Translations under genes and position numbers: made by a program
Origin: Spirochaetota bacterium
GTDB taxonomy: Bacteria > Spirochaetota > UBA4802 > UBA5550
DNA length: 64,000 nt
Assembly (NCBI GenBank): GCA_963663865.1
Contig: OY760686.1
Coordinates: 1,728,001 to 1,792,000, forward strand
Reading direction: 5' to 3'
Notes under the pieces: model-generated
Seen by the model: the letters and a program-made list of their open reading frames with translations, nothing else
What the model was told of the DNA's origin: nothing
Database searches by the model: none
Shown: piece after piece, positions 47,158 to 57,559 of the stretch
How positions within the stretch are numbered: the stretch's first letter is position 1
Layout: every line of letters begins with the position of its first letter

Positions 47158-48174
47158 ATGAAGTTAAAGTTTCTTGCCGCAGGCGTACTGGCTGTGTTTT
47201 CAGCGGGGGCTGTTTTTGCCCAGGAAGCTCCAGTGAAAGAGGCTGCTGCCGGGGAGATATCCGGTGAGGCTTATTTCGGTTATTATGGCGATCTTAACGG
47301 AGATGACAAAACTCACGGGTTTGAACTGGAAAGGGTATACGTAAACTGGAAGAAAAAGCTGAGCGATACGCTTTCAGCCAGGGTAACTGCTGATGTTTAT
47401 CAGTCAGACGATGTTGATGGTGACGGCAAGTCTGACGGACGCGGAGACTTTTTTGTAAAGTATGCTTACTTCCAGTACAAGGATTCTTTCGGTACCATTG
47501 GAACGCAGCTTCAGGCAGGTCTTATCGGGAACCCGGTGCTTGGTCTTGTCGACAAAATGGCCGGAATGAGATGGCTGACAAAAAACCAGATGGACACAAT
47601 GAAGATTGATAACTCTGCTGATCTGGGAGTGTCATTCAGCATGAATATCATGAAGATGGCTGACATAACTGCTTACTATGCTAATGGAGAAGGCTACAAG
47701 ACAATCTCCGGCGAAGCCTACAAAGGAAAACAGTTCAGCGGACTTCTTTCTCTGACTCCGTTAAAGGGACTGTTCATCAATGCTTTTTATAAATACGAGA
47801 AGGTTGATGAAGAGGGAACCAAGGACTCTTACTTCGGCGGCGGAATCGCCTGGAGCGACAAGATGTACAAGGCAGGCGTAAATCTTACAAGCGTTACAGA
47901 TGCCCACAAGGAGTCTTATGGAAAGGGTCTTTACACAGACGCGTGGGTCAATGTAAACATGAAAGACCTTGCCGGAATGCCGATAACCTTTAATGGACGC
48001 CTGGGCTACATAATGCCTGACGAGGACGGAGCGGACGAAACAATGACATTCGCTTTCGGCCCCGGCTATCAGTTTGCTGACAGCCTTCAGGCCGCTCTGT
48101 GGTGCACATACGCAAAAACGGGCGACGAAAAGGCAGATGTAAACGGTGCGATCAAGTTTGAGCTGAAGTACTGA
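47158..48174 (+). CDS. Outer-membrane beta-barrel, porin-like
   Basis: Signal peptide AVFA-Q, GFELERVYV and VKYAYFQY, amphipathic strands, C-terminal aromatic (KFELKY). GGAGG SD. Confidence 0.75.
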   Translation: MKLKFLAAGVLAVFSAGAVFAQEAPVKEAAAGEISGEAYFGYYGDLNGDDKTHGFELERVYVNWKKKLSDTLSARVTADVYQSDDVDGDGKSDGRGDFFVKYAYFQYKDSFGTIGTQLQAGLIGNPVLGLVDKMAGMRWLTKNQMDTMKIDNSADLGVSFSMNIMKMADITAYYANGEGYKTISGEAYKGKQFSGLLSLTPLKGLFINAFYKYEKVDEEGTKDSYFGGGIAWSDKMYKAGVNLTSVTDAHKESYGKGLYTDAWVNVNMKDLAGMPITFNGRLGYIMPDEDGADETMTFAFGPGYQFADSLQAALWCTYAKTGDEKADVNGAIKFELKY

Positions 48175-48197
48175 GAATTAAACACCTGATAATGATT

Positions 48198-48228
48198 AGC
48201 CGCTCAGCCATGGTTGGGCGGCTTTTTT
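48198..48228 (+). terminator. Rho-independent terminator
   Basis: AGCCGCTCAGCC-AT-GGTTGGGCGGCT then T-run. Confidence 0.85.
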
Positions 48229-48581
48229 GTGCACTGAAAATCGTTGTGTGGATGAAATAAAGCCGGTGTACCTGATAGAAGGGAAATTTGCCGGAAAAAG
48301 CACAATTGGATGCGGATGAGTATAAGAACCATTTTACTGTAGATCTCAGCAGCGATTTTTCTGGCAGCTTCTGCGATGACAGGTCGGATTATTATTTCCC
48401 CTATATTGATCATTAAGCTCGGACACACCATTAGGTCATTATTGCAAAGTCCACTGGGGACTAATAGAAGCGATTGTATATTAGTCATGTAAGTTGAAAT
48501 CTAAACTGCCCATATGTTAACGGGCAGTCATAAATGGTAGTGGAATATTAATGATATTTATGTGTATGACTGGCAGGACAC

Positions 48582-49283
48582 TCAGTAAGTCTCGGTCTTT
48601 TCTTCGCCGTTATTGGAATAGGTCCAGGTTCCTGTTTTTTTGCCTTCGTTGTAGGCTCCCTTTGCCTCAATCTGGCCGTTTATGTCGTAGTACTGCCAGA
48701 GTCCTTCTTTGTTCCCCTTGCTGTATTTCCCAAGCATCTTAAGCTTCCCGTTAGGGTAATAGATATTTGTCTGTCCGTCCTTGAGGCCGTTGCTGTACCA
48801 GCTTATTTCGCATGGCTTGCCGTCCTTGTAGTAGTGGAAGTACTTCCCGTTGAGCTTCTCGTCGCGGAAGTTCTCTACAATGTTTGCTACGCCGGAATCG
48901 TGGAATGTTATCCGCTGACCGTTGAGCTTTCCGTTTCTATAGGAGGCCTTTGCCACAACCTTGCCCCCGGTAGAGTACTCAGACCAGACTCCATTTTTGA
49001 GCCCATTGCTGTATGAACCTGAGAGCATCATCTTTCCGCCGTTTTCTGAGCTGTAGTAGTAGACCCACTTGCCGTGCTTATTGTGATTTTTAACAGGTCC
49101 TTTGCCTTTGAGTGAGCCATCAGGCCTTAGCTCTTCAAGTATGCCGTCAGCCATGTCTGTTGTTGTTGAGGCTTCGATTGAATCAATGTCGTATATTTTA
49201 AATGAATTGGCGGGCTGACTCGACAGAAGAGCAGCCGGAATTATTACTGAACTTAAAAAAACAACTGATAACTTTTTTCTCAT
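48582..49283 (-). CDS. Exported MORN-variant repeat protein (YwqK-like)
   Basis: Signal peptide, about seven G.Y.NG.K.G.W..Y repeats. Confidence 0.88.
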   Translation of the reverse strand: MRKKLSVVFLSSVIIPAALLSSQPANSFKIYDIDSIEASTTTDMADGILEELRPDGSLKGKGPVKNHNKHGKWVYYYSSENGGKMMLSGSYSNGLKNGVWSEYSTGGKVVAKASYRNGKLNGQRITFHDSGVANIVENFRDEKLNGKYFHYYKDGKPCEISWYSNGLKDGQTNIYYPNGKLKMLGKYSKGNKEGLWQYYDINGQIEAKGAYNEGKKTGTWTYSNNGEEKTETY

Positions 49284-49566
49284 ATTAAACCCCTAATATT
49301 TTGTCTGAAACATTACATTTTAATGAACACCGTTATATGTGTCAAACATTTACGTTATTAAGTCAAGAATTCTTTGAATGACGGATAATTTACGAAGATA
49401 TAAGAGGTTAGACCCTGTTTAATCGTGAAACACTTCAAAAAAATAACACAGCTGTCGGGGGCCCGGGAAGAATAAATACTGAAGGAAAATCCTGATTTTC
49501 CGACAATGAAGACATAATCCGGTATATTATACAGTGCCGGCAATATCAGCAACGAGGTAACAGACA

Positions 49567-50361
49567 ATGATGAGATCACTCTGGACAGCGGCTTCAGGAA
49601 TGGTGGGCCAGCAGTTTAATATAGATACAGTTTCAAACAACCTTTCGAATGTTAACACAACTGGATTCAAAAAGCAGAGGGCCGAGTTTGAAGACCTGCT
49701 TTATCAGACTGTACTGATGGCCGGAACGCCGGCAACAGAGGTAACTGAGGTCCCAACAGGAATACAGGTGGGACACGGAGTAAAGGTCGCGGCCACGCAG
49801 AAGATGTTTGAGCAGGGAAGCCTCCAGGCAACCGAGAATAAAACAGATATAGCTCTTGAAGGAGAGGGATTCTTCAAGGTACAGCTCTTTGACGGATCCA
49901 TGGCCTATACGCGTGACGGTTCTTTTAAGATCGATTCTGAGAGGCAGCTGGTTACATCCAACGGATATCTTATGGAGCCTCCGATAGTTCTTCCTGACAA
50001 TTTCATCCACAATTCGCTGAGCATAAGTCAGGACGGCCGCATAACGGTTAAGCTTATCGGCGAGGATGATCCGGTTGAGGTTGGAATAATGGAGGTGTAC
50101 AGGTTTGTCAATCCAGCTGGTCTTCAGAGCATAGGGGGAAACCTGTTTAAAACAACAGCCGCTTCAGGTGAGGAAATAGCCGGCAGGCCTGCCATTGACG
50201 GGATGGCGCGACTGCATCAGGGCTTTCTTGAGATGTCGAATGTTAAGGTCGTAGAGGAAATGGTCAATATGATAGTTGCCCAGAGGGCCTATGAGGTAAA
50301 CTCAAAGGCAATTCAAACCTCAGATTCCATGCTCGGAACAGCTATAGGGCTTAAGCGTTGA
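49567..50361 (+). CDS. flgG: Flagellar distal rod protein
   Basis: MMRSLWTAASGM..SNNLSNVNT, YTRDGSF, LEMSNV. Confidence 0.97.
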   Translation: MMRSLWTAASGMVGQQFNIDTVSNNLSNVNTTGFKKQRAEFEDLLYQTVLMAGTPATEVTEVPTGIQVGHGVKVAATQKMFEQGSLQATENKTDIALEGEGFFKVQLFDGSMAYTRDGSFKIDSERQLVTSNGYLMEPPIVLPDNFIHNSLSISQDGRITVKLIGEDDPVEVGIMEVYRFVNPAGLQSIGGNLFKTTAASGEEIAGRPAIDGMARLHQGFLEMSNVKVVEEMVNMIVAQRAYEVNSKAIQTSDSMLGTAIGLKR

Positions 50362-50885
50362 CGGGAATTAGACTAAAAGCAGTTTCTTTTGCTTTGCTCA
50401 TACTCCCTGCTCAACTGTTTGCGGGTGAAAGTATAAGCATGTATCTTTATTCGAGGGTAAGCTGCTCCGGGAAGGCACGCATTTCCGACATCTGCAGATT
50501 AGATGGTCCTGGTGACTGGACAGCTGAGATCGCGGCACTTGAGCTGCCAGAGAAGCTGTATGATGACGGACTCGTTGATTCATCTGAAATAGTCAGTCTC
50601 TTGAAGGACAGCGGTTTTGACCGGCATGTGGACATATATGGAAGTTCGGTAAGGTTTGAATCAACAACACCTCATAATCGGGCGGGGGATAAAGCCCCTC
50701 AGATCATCCTTGTTGGCCGTGACCGCACAGTGCGTATTGTATACCGCAGGAACGGTATCTCAGTTGAGTTAAAGGGTAAGGCTCTGAACTCGGGTAAGGC
50801 CGGAGATGAGATTGAGGTTCGATCCGGTAAACGGATAATCAGGGCTGTTGTTACAGGAAATGATGTCGTGGAGATATTGATGTGA
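50358..50885 (+). CDS. flgA: P-ring assembly chaperone FlgA-like
   Basis: C-terminal GISVELKGKALNSGKAGDEIEV (ChapFlgA). Position between flgG and flgH. Confidence 0.75.
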   Translation: MTGIRLKAVSFALLILPAQLFAGESISMYLYSRVSCSGKARISDICRLDGPGDWTAEIAALELPEKLYDDGLVDSSEIVSLLKDSGFDRHVDIYGSSVRFESTTPHNRAGDKAPQIILVGRDRTVRIVYRRNGISVELKGKALNSGKAGDEIEVRSGKRIIRAVVTGNDVVEILM

Positions 50886-51508
50886 GACGGGTCATCGCCT
50901 CAGTTATAATATTGTTCAGCGCGGGATTCCTTTCCGCGGCTACGGTGTGGGTTGAGAAAAACCTGTACTCGTCGGGAAGCAGCCTTAATCCAGGCGATAT
51001 TATCAGAATAAGTATAGATGATATATCATCCATTCAGTTTTCAATGGATATCAAGGGAGGAGAATCCCTCTCTGTCGACTCCAGCCCGGATGTTACGATT
51101 TCGGGCTTTCTGCCCAAAGTAATATCAACCAAAAATATAAAGAATGAAAACAATCTGAGGTACAACAGTAAAAACAGAATGTCGGCTGTAATTGCTGCCA
51201 GAGTAACCGGGCGGGATCAGGCCGGCAAACTCGCGGTTGCCGGGACAAGAACATACAGCTTTGACGGTAAAACGAATACAGTAAATGTCAGGGGAACCGT
51301 TGACCCTTCGCTCGTTGTAGGTGATTTAATAAGTTCGGCGTCGGTATCAGACTTCCGGATGGAAATACGCTCTACGGTCGAAGGCGTCGGAATCAGGAGA
51401 CAGGCCCCGGGGCCGGACGAGCAGGCGGCTGTAACGCTCACGGAAGCAGAGAAGAGAGAGCTTATAGTCCAGTATCTTGAGAAAATGTTAAGTATAATTG
51501 GCAGATAA
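50882..51508 (+). CDS. flgH: Flagellar L-ring protein, divergent
   Basis: GDIIRISI, IAARVT..GKLAVAGTR..V.GTVDP..ISSASVSD. Operon position. Confidence 0.75.
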   Translation: MRRVIASVIILFSAGFLSAATVWVEKNLYSSGSSLNPGDIIRISIDDISSIQFSMDIKGGESLSVDSSPDVTISGFLPKVISTKNIKNENNLRYNSKNRMSAVIAARVTGRDQAGKLAVAGTRTYSFDGKTNTVNVRGTVDPSLVVGDLISSASVSDFRMEIRSTVEGVGIRRQAPGPDEQAAVTLTEAEKRELIVQYLEKMLSIIGR

Positions 51509-52514
51509 GATGAGAAAAAAATACTTCCAAATTGCACTTCCGCTGTTAGCCCTTTTTCTGCTGACAACTGCATCAAACAGCCAGGTGCCTGTTAAGATTA
51601 AAGACCTTGCCGTGTTTGACGGGATCAGGTCGAACCATATTTTCGGATACGGGCTGGTTGTTGGACTTCAGGGAACAGGCGATTCGAAATCACATCTTGC
51701 CGGGACGACCCTGTCAAATTTTTTAAAGAACGCAGGCATTGACGCTGAAATGACGGTTACAAAAAACAGCGCGGCTGTTCTGCTGACAGCTGAACTTCCG
51801 CCATTCGCTGTAACAGGCGAAAAAATAAATGTTACCGTATCATCCATTGGGGACGCTAAATCGCTTGAAGGCGGAACGCTCATTCAGTCACAGCTTGGAG
51901 CATCAGACGGAAATATTTACGCAGTCGCTCAGGGAAAGCTTTCGATTCAGGGAGCCGCAAACAACAGAAGGGGAGTTAAGACGACAGCCGTTGTGATGCA
52001 GGGCGGTGTCATTGAGCGCAATGTTGCTGCCCAAATTATCAATGAAAATAGTGTATCGCTTGTTTTGAACGATTGGGATTATACTCTGGCGGAGAGGATA
52101 ATAAAGGGGATTGAGAAAAAATATCCCGATTCAAAGCCTCAGATCACAGCAGACGGCAAGATTCAGCTTTCACTGAGCGCTAACATTCCGCCTCAGGAGT
52201 TTCTCGGCACTGTAGAAAATATTGAGGTCGTTCCATCGTACAAAGCCCGCGTTGTAATCAATGAAAAGGACGGTACGATCGCAGCGGGTGGCTCCGTGAG
52301 GCTTTCTGAGGCCATGGTTTCTGTTAACGGGCTTGTGGTTGATATTGAAGGAAGTTCACGAAAAGGATCTACTGCATATTTTGGGAACACTACCTCTGTA
52401 AGAGACCTTGTTGAGGCCCTTAACTCGGTCGGTGCGGAAACTTCAGATATTATATCGATTATGAAGTCATTAAAGGCCGCCGGTGCTTTACATGCTGAGC
52501 TTATCATCCGATAA
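51498..52514 (+). CDS. flgI: Flagellar P-ring protein
   Basis: KIKDL..N..FGYGLVVGLQGTGD, VSSIGDAKSLEGG, AAGALHAEL. Confidence 0.95.
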   Translation: MADKMRKKYFQIALPLLALFLLTTASNSQVPVKIKDLAVFDGIRSNHIFGYGLVVGLQGTGDSKSHLAGTTLSNFLKNAGIDAEMTVTKNSAAVLLTAELPPFAVTGEKINVTVSSIGDAKSLEGGTLIQSQLGASDGNIYAVAQGKLSIQGAANNRRGVKTTAVVMQGGVIERNVAAQIINENSVSLVLNDWDYTLAERIIKGIEKKYPDSKPQITADGKIQLSLSANIPPQEFLGTVENIEVVPSYKARVVINEKDGTIAAGGSVRLSEAMVSVNGLVVDIEGSSRKGSTAYFGNTTSVRDLVEALNSVGAETSDIISIMKSLKAAGALHAELIIR

Positions 52515-52532
52515 TAAAGCTGAGGTGATGAG

Positions 52533-52910
52533 ATGATTAACAACGCAATGCTTAACAGTGTAGTATTGGAATCAGGTCGTACTGCCAGGACAGAGGCCTT
52601 GACAGGTAGCCTGAAAAACCGTTCGGAAGGAGCATCTTTTGGTGAGCAGCTTAAGAATGAGCTTGCCAGAAGAGATGAAAGAACCGACATACAGCTCAAA
52701 GATGCCTGTGTACAAATGGAGTCCATATTTGTCGGTAAAATGCTAAAGGAAATGAGAAAGTCTGTACAGAAATCGGAATGGATCAGCGGCGGGTTCGCGG
52801 AAGAGGTGTTTGAAGACATGCTATACGATGAATACGCGCTGTCAATATCCAAAAACTCAAACATGGGAATCGCAAAGATGATGTATGAGGAAATGAGCAG
52901 AAAACTTTGA
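52533..52910 (+). CDS. flgJ: Single-domain rod-cap FlgJ (no muramidase domain)
   Basis: LKDACVQMESIFV..MLKEMRK..GG.AEEVFEDMLYDEYA..GIAKMMY. 125 aa. Confidence 0.88.
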   Translation: MINNAMLNSVVLESGRTARTEALTGSLKNRSEGASFGEQLKNELARRDERTDIQLKDACVQMESIFVGKMLKEMRKSVQKSEWISGGFAEEVFEDMLYDEYALSISKNSNMGIAKMMYEEMSRKL

Positions 52911-52932
52911 CGTATTTGTACGGGTCGCACTG

Positions 52933-54078
52933 GTGATAGTCAGACTTATCCCTCTAATTATCTTAATCTTAAGCCTTCATCCGCAGCATTCATCTGCCTT
53001 AGAATCCAGCCGGCAGGTAAGGGTGTTGCTTGATCTCTATAAAAATTGCAAAAAACTCACTGTTGCAAGCGACAGCCATTTAATGCTAAACAGCCGCGAA
53101 ATTGCCAGTGGCAGAGTGGAGCTATGGCGTGAACACGGAAAGCTGAGAACATCTCAGAATAGAACTGAGTCTGTCCTGACATCCTCATCCGACGGGAAAT
53201 TATACATTGATGCCTATGGCAGAAAAAGGATTTTTCATGGAACGCTAAGTATAAGAATAGTAAAAAACCGCCTCAGGGTAATAAATATCACCGACCAGTA
53301 TAATTATCTGCGAGGTGTCGTGGCTGAGGAGCTTGGAGAAAGATTCAGCCTTGAGGCGCTTAAAGCTCAGGCTGTTTGCGCGAGAACGTGGCTGTTTGTC
53401 ATGATGAGCGGCAAAAGGGACAGAGATTATGATGTAACAGATATTTCTGGCGAGTTTCAGACTTTCAGAGGTACGTCAAAGTCAGGAGCAAAGTGTGATG
53501 AGGCTGTAAAGTCAACAGAGGGGCTTGTACTCTTCAATAAGGATGGACTGTTGAGACCCTATTACCACTCAACATGCGGTGGTTTCCTTGAACCCGCTGA
53601 TAAAGTCTGGAATAATAGCATATCCATAAACTCAGAAAAGAAAAGGAAAAGAGACAGGATCGGAAAGACTGATAACTGCTCAGCTTCACCATATTACCGC
53701 TGGGAAGTTAAAATTGCCAAGAGGGAATTGTACAAAGCGGTAGGCGGTGATCAGAACCTGGAAGTCAAAGACATCGAATTTATATCAGATAAGTATGGAC
53801 TGTTAAGAAAGGTTATCCTGATATCTGTATCAGTGAAAAGTGAGCTTAATGGTCATCAGTTCAAAAGAAAGCTGGAAAAGGCTGGAATCAGCGGTGTAAG
53901 AAGCATTAGGCTAACAGTCAGAGAAAATGGCGATTGTTACCTCTTTTCAGGAAGCGGTTTCGGTCACCTGACCGGAATGTGTCAGTGGGGAGCGGAAGGC
54001 CTCTCGAAAAATGGGAAAACATTCAGAGAAATACTTCAATTCTACTTTGAAAACGCTGAAATAAAGCCTTTTAACTGA
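52933..54078 (+). CDS. SpoIID/LytB-family lytic transglycosylase
   Basis: YLRGVVAEEL..EALKAQAVCART, YHSTCGG, GFGHLTGMCQWGA, ILQFYF. Signal peptide. Confidence 0.9.
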   Translation: MIVRLIPLIILILSLHPQHSSALESSRQVRVLLDLYKNCKKLTVASDSHLMLNSREIASGRVELWREHGKLRTSQNRTESVLTSSSDGKLYIDAYGRKRIFHGTLSIRIVKNRLRVINITDQYNYLRGVVAEELGERFSLEALKAQAVCARTWLFVMMSGKRDRDYDVTDISGEFQTFRGTSKSGAKCDEAVKSTEGLVLFNKDGLLRPYYHSTCGGFLEPADKVWNNSISINSEKKRKRDRIGKTDNCSASPYYRWEVKIAKRELYKAVGGDQNLEVKDIEFISDKYGLLRKVILISVSVKSELNGHQFKRKLEKAGISGVRSIRLTVRENGDCYLFSGSGFGHLTGMCQWGAEGLSKNGKTFREILQFYFENAEIKPFN

Positions 54079-54149
54079 TAACTTTTCAAGATGATTATGA
54101 AAATTTCTTGAAAAAATACCCGACAATTGAAGATAGTAACCTCTCACAG

Positions 54150-54222
54150 GCCAGCATACCTCAGTTGGTAGAGGAGTCGATTCGTAATCGACCTGCCGCC
54201 AGTTCGATTCTGGCTGCTGGCT
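54150..54222 (+). tRNA. tRNA-Thr(CGT)
   Basis: Cloverleaf: GCCAGCA/TGCTGGC acceptor, CCTC/GAGG D-stem, GTCGA-TTCGTAA-TCGAC anticodon arm, GCCAG-TTCGATT-CTGGC T arm. CCA not encoded. Confidence 0.93.
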
Positions 54223-54356
54223 CATGCATCCCGTTTTACCTGACCACTTTATATTCATACTAAGAAAAAAAACTTTGTTTATTCTCCACTTTATGGCATA
54301 ATTATCAAAGTATGATTAAGATTAAAGGTAATCTCATATGATAACGGGGGAATGCA

Positions 54357-56081
54357 ATGAGGTTTTCAAACATTCGCATAGGTAAGAGGCTGGCCTTTGT
54401 TTTTGCCGCAATTCTGCTTTTCAACGTGTCTATAGTAACATTTTACTTCATCAAGCTCAATCAGACTGTGTCGATGATAGAGGGTATTTACAGCGAAGGG
54501 GTTCAGAGTGTTGACTATCTGCTTGAGGCTGACAGGGACGCCTATCAGAGCAATCTGGCTATTAGCAGGGCAAATGAAACAAGAATCAATAGCGACAGGA
54601 AAGCACTGGATTCTGAGCTATCCGATATCAGGGAGAATATCAAACAGGTTCAGGAAAGGTTTAAAAAGTATGCCGAGTACTCAAAGCTGACCAATGAGGT
54701 CATTGAGAAACACCGCCAGGATTTCTTAAATGAGTACGGCGTTTTAAATAAGCTTACTGAAAAAATTGTTGTGAACCTGGAAAAGGGAAACTTTGAAGCG
54801 GCAAAGGATTCGTACTACGGCGAGTACCAGAAGTCGTTTTCGACAGCCAGAGCAGGGCTTGACACGCTTACAGGGCTGCTTCTTGCAAAGGCGGAAGAAT
54901 ACAAATCAGAAAGCTTATCTGAACTCCGCCAGGTGCTTATCCTGACAGGAGCCGCGAGCATTGCACTTATAGTGTTTATCATTTTTATTTCAATTGCTCT
55001 TACAAGAAGCCTTACGGTTCCTGTAAATACTACAATGACCATAGCTCAAAGAATGTCTGAGGGTGACCTGACGGTTGAGATTCACTCTGATTCAAAGGAT
55101 GAGCTTGGAAGGCTCATGGATTCGTTTGGTGTCCTTGTAGAAAATATTAAGCAGGTCATAGTTGATGTGCTTGATAAGTCAAATCAGATGGCAACAGCGT
55201 CAAGCGAACTCTCCTCAACCTCAATGAACTTCTCCAACAACGCACAGGACCAGGCTGCCGCCGCTGAGGAAGTGAGCGCTACTGTAGAAGAGATTACCTC
55301 CGGAACTACTATAATCGCTGATAGAATACGAACGCTAAACTCGAACATTCTGACGATGAGCGAGAAGATGAATGATCTGTCGCTGTTTATCAAGCAGATT
55401 GACAGTTCGGCCAACGACACAATGGAACTGACGGATAATCTTGCCGGAAAAGCCAACAGCGGGGACAAAGCCCTTCAGTCAATGAAGGAAAGCATGAATA
55501 AGATCAACAACAGCTCAGGAAAGGTGCTTGAAATAATCGAATTGATCAATGATATATCCGATCAAATAAACCTGCTTTCACTTAATGCGGCCATTGAGGC
55601 GGCAAGGGCGGGCGATGCTGGAAGGGGTTTCGCAGTTGTTGCCGACGAAATATCGAAGCTCGCTGACCAGACAGCTAAAAGCATTGGCGATATTGACAGA
55701 CTGATAAAGATGAACAATGATGAGATCACCGTCGGTATGAATATTATGGTCGGGGTTGTTGACACAATCAGCGATATTATTGACGGTGTTACGGTTATTA
55801 AGGACAAGATGTCAAATCTTGTAGAAATGATGGAGACTCAGAAGGGTTCGAGCGGAGAAGTAGAGGTCGTTCTGAAGGAAATTAAGGATTTTTCCGATGC
55901 TATTACCATCACTATGGACGAGCAGAAGGGAGCTATTACAGAGATATCCAAGTCAGTGTATAATATAAACGAACTGACTCAAAATTTTGCAACCGGAGCG
56001 GAGGAAATGGCCGGAAACGCTGAGGAGCTTTCGACCATGGCCGAAGGCCTGAAAGTTAGGGTTGACTTTTTCAAGGTTTGA
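54357..56081 (+). CDS. Methyl-accepting chemotaxis protein (4HB sensor, HAMP)
   Basis: Two TMs, [41 protein letters not shown]. Confidence 0.96.
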   Translation: MRFSNIRIGKRLAFVFAAILLFNVSIVTFYFIKLNQTVSMIEGIYSEGVQSVDYLLEADRDAYQSNLAISRANETRINSDRKALDSELSDIRENIKQVQERFKKYAEYSKLTNEVIEKHRQDFLNEYGVLNKLTEKIVVNLEKGNFEAAKDSYYGEYQKSFSTARAGLDTLTGLLLAKAEEYKSESLSELRQVLILTGAASIALIVFIIFISIALTRSLTVPVNTTMTIAQRMSEGDLTVEIHSDSKDELGRLMDSFGVLVENIKQVIVDVLDKSNQMATASSELSSTSMNFSNNAQDQAAAAEEVSATVEEITSGTTIIADRIRTLNSNILTMSEKMNDLSLFIKQIDSSANDTMELTDNLAGKANSGDKALQSMKESMNKINNSSGKVLEIIELINDISDQINLLSLNAAIEAARAGDAGRGFAVVADEISKLADQTAKSIGDIDRLIKMNNDEITVGMNIMVGVVDTISDIIDGVTVIKDKMSNLVEMMETQKGSSGEVEVVLKEIKDFSDAITITMDEQKGAITEISKSVYNINELTQNFATGAEEMAGNAEELSTMAEGLKVRVDFFKV

Positions 56082-56209
56082 AATCAAATGCCGAAAGGGT
56101 TGAATGTAACAATCCGGCATAATTTAATTCTTATATTATACAGTACATCTCATGGCCCTGCGAATCAGGCGGGGCCTGATTGTGTTAGAGCAGCTAAATG
56201 GAGGCAGAC

Positions 56210-57262
56210 ATGAACAGCGATATAAAAATTGCTTTTTTTGATTCGAAACCCTACGATCAGGAAAGCTTTAAGGATATGAATTCAAAGTTCGGGTTTGAGG
56301 TAAAGTTTTTCAAACCCCACCTTACAATAGACACTGTGTCCCTGACAAAGGGGTATGAGGTTGTATGTGTATTCGTAAATGACATTCTCACTGACGCGAT
56401 TATCGACGAACTTGTAAAAAATGGCGTAAAGCTTATAGCGCTGCGAAGCGCTGGATATAACAATGTTGACCTGCAGGCCGTTTACCAGAAAATTCACGTT
56501 GTAAGAGTGCCGGCATATTCCCCCTATGCTGTTGCAGAGCACGCGGTGGCCTTAATGCTGACTCTTAACAGAAAAACGCACAGGGCGTATTACAGAACAC
56601 GCGACAGTAATTTCAGCATACACGGACTCATAGGATTCGATATGCACGGCAAGACGGCCGGTATAATCGGAACCGGCATAATCGGAAGGGTTCTCGCCGG
56701 AATTCTAAAGGGATTCGGCATGAGGATATTGGCCTATGACAAGTTCCCGAACCTCGAATATGCCAAAGAAAACGGAATAGAATACGTAGAGCTTGATGAG
56801 CTTTATGCTCAATCAGATATCATCTCGCTGCACTGTCCGCTTACAAGTGAAACATATCATCTGATAAACTCCCAGAGCATAGCAAAGATGAAGAAGGGAG
56901 TGATGATAATCAATACAGGCAGGGGGCACCTGATAAACACAAAAGACCTTATTGAAGGTCTGAAGGATGCCAGAATCGGATGCGCCGGGCTTGATGTTTA
57001 CGAGGAAGAGAGCGAGTACTTTTTCGAGGACTACAGCACCTCGTATGTAGAGGACGATGTGCTTGCAAGGCTGCTTACACTGAACAATGTTGTGGTAACG
57101 TCCCACCAGGCCTTCTTTACCAAGGAAGCGCTGGCGAACATTGCCGAGACCACACTAAAGAATATTGAGCAGTTCTACAGAGAGGACAGCCTTGATAATG
57201 AGATATGCTACAAGTGCAACAATTCCGTCTGTCAGAAAAAGGAGAGCGGAAGGTGCTTTTAA
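56210..57262 (+). CDS. ldhA: D-lactate dehydrogenase (D-2-hydroxyacid dehydrogenase)
   Basis: VPAYSPYAVAEH, GIIGTGIIG, SLHCPL, NTGRG, LDVYEEE, SHQAFFT. GGAGG SD before ATG 56210. Confidence 0.92.
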   Translation: MNSDIKIAFFDSKPYDQESFKDMNSKFGFEVKFFKPHLTIDTVSLTKGYEVVCVFVNDILTDAIIDELVKNGVKLIALRSAGYNNVDLQAVYQKIHVVRVPAYSPYAVAEHAVALMLTLNRKTHRAYYRTRDSNFSIHGLIGFDMHGKTAGIIGTGIIGRVLAGILKGFGMRILAYDKFPNLEYAKENGIEYVELDELYAQSDIISLHCPLTSETYHLINSQSIAKMKKGVMIINTGRGHLINTKDLIEGLKDARIGCAGLDVYEEESEYFFEDYSTSYVEDDVLARLLTLNNVVVTSHQAFFTKEALANIAETTLKNIEQFYREDSLDNEICYKCNNSVCQKKESGRCF

Positions 57263-57324
57263 CAATAATTGCTTTTTGAAACAGATGTTTTCTGTAATTA
57301 TACTGATGTTATAGCCATGAACAA

Positions 57325-57355
57325 AAAAGACCTCGTTGAGAGTATCAGGTCTTTT
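57325..57355. terminator. Probable bidirectional terminator between convergent genes
   Basis: AAAAGACCT-N13-AGGTCTTTT. Confidence 0.5.
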
Positions 57356-57559
57356 CCGTTTAAATGTTTCTTGCTCATCGACTTAATAAGTCTGCCGGAC
57401 AAAGTTTTATTCAATTGTCTTGTTTAAGGGGTCATATAGAAAAAACTTCCAGATGAATATTATGTCGTTTCTCTTCTCCATTATTATATCATACATATTT
57501 AAGAACATTATCCACTTTATAAAATATAAACATTTACACTTTATTTAATAATCTATATC

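Noticed and set aside
48204-48488. 94-aa minus-strand ORF, and a 42-aa plus-strand TTG ORF at 48288-48416
   Set aside because: The first runs through the porin terminator. The second has only a weak SD and no recognisable motif. Neither is supportable without homology.
48582-49283. YwqK-like protein as part of a toxin-antitoxin pair
   Set aside because: No adjacent toxin, and it has a signal peptide. MORN-variant repeats are widespread.
52193-52930. 245-aa antisense ORF (and similar shadows such as 5572-6249 and 45975-46562)
   Set aside because: Antisense to well-supported genes, Ser/Ile-rich shadow composition.
54223-57400. Genomic island at tRNA-Thr
   Set aside because: MCP and ldhA look compositionally like core genes. 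No integrase or att duplication seen.
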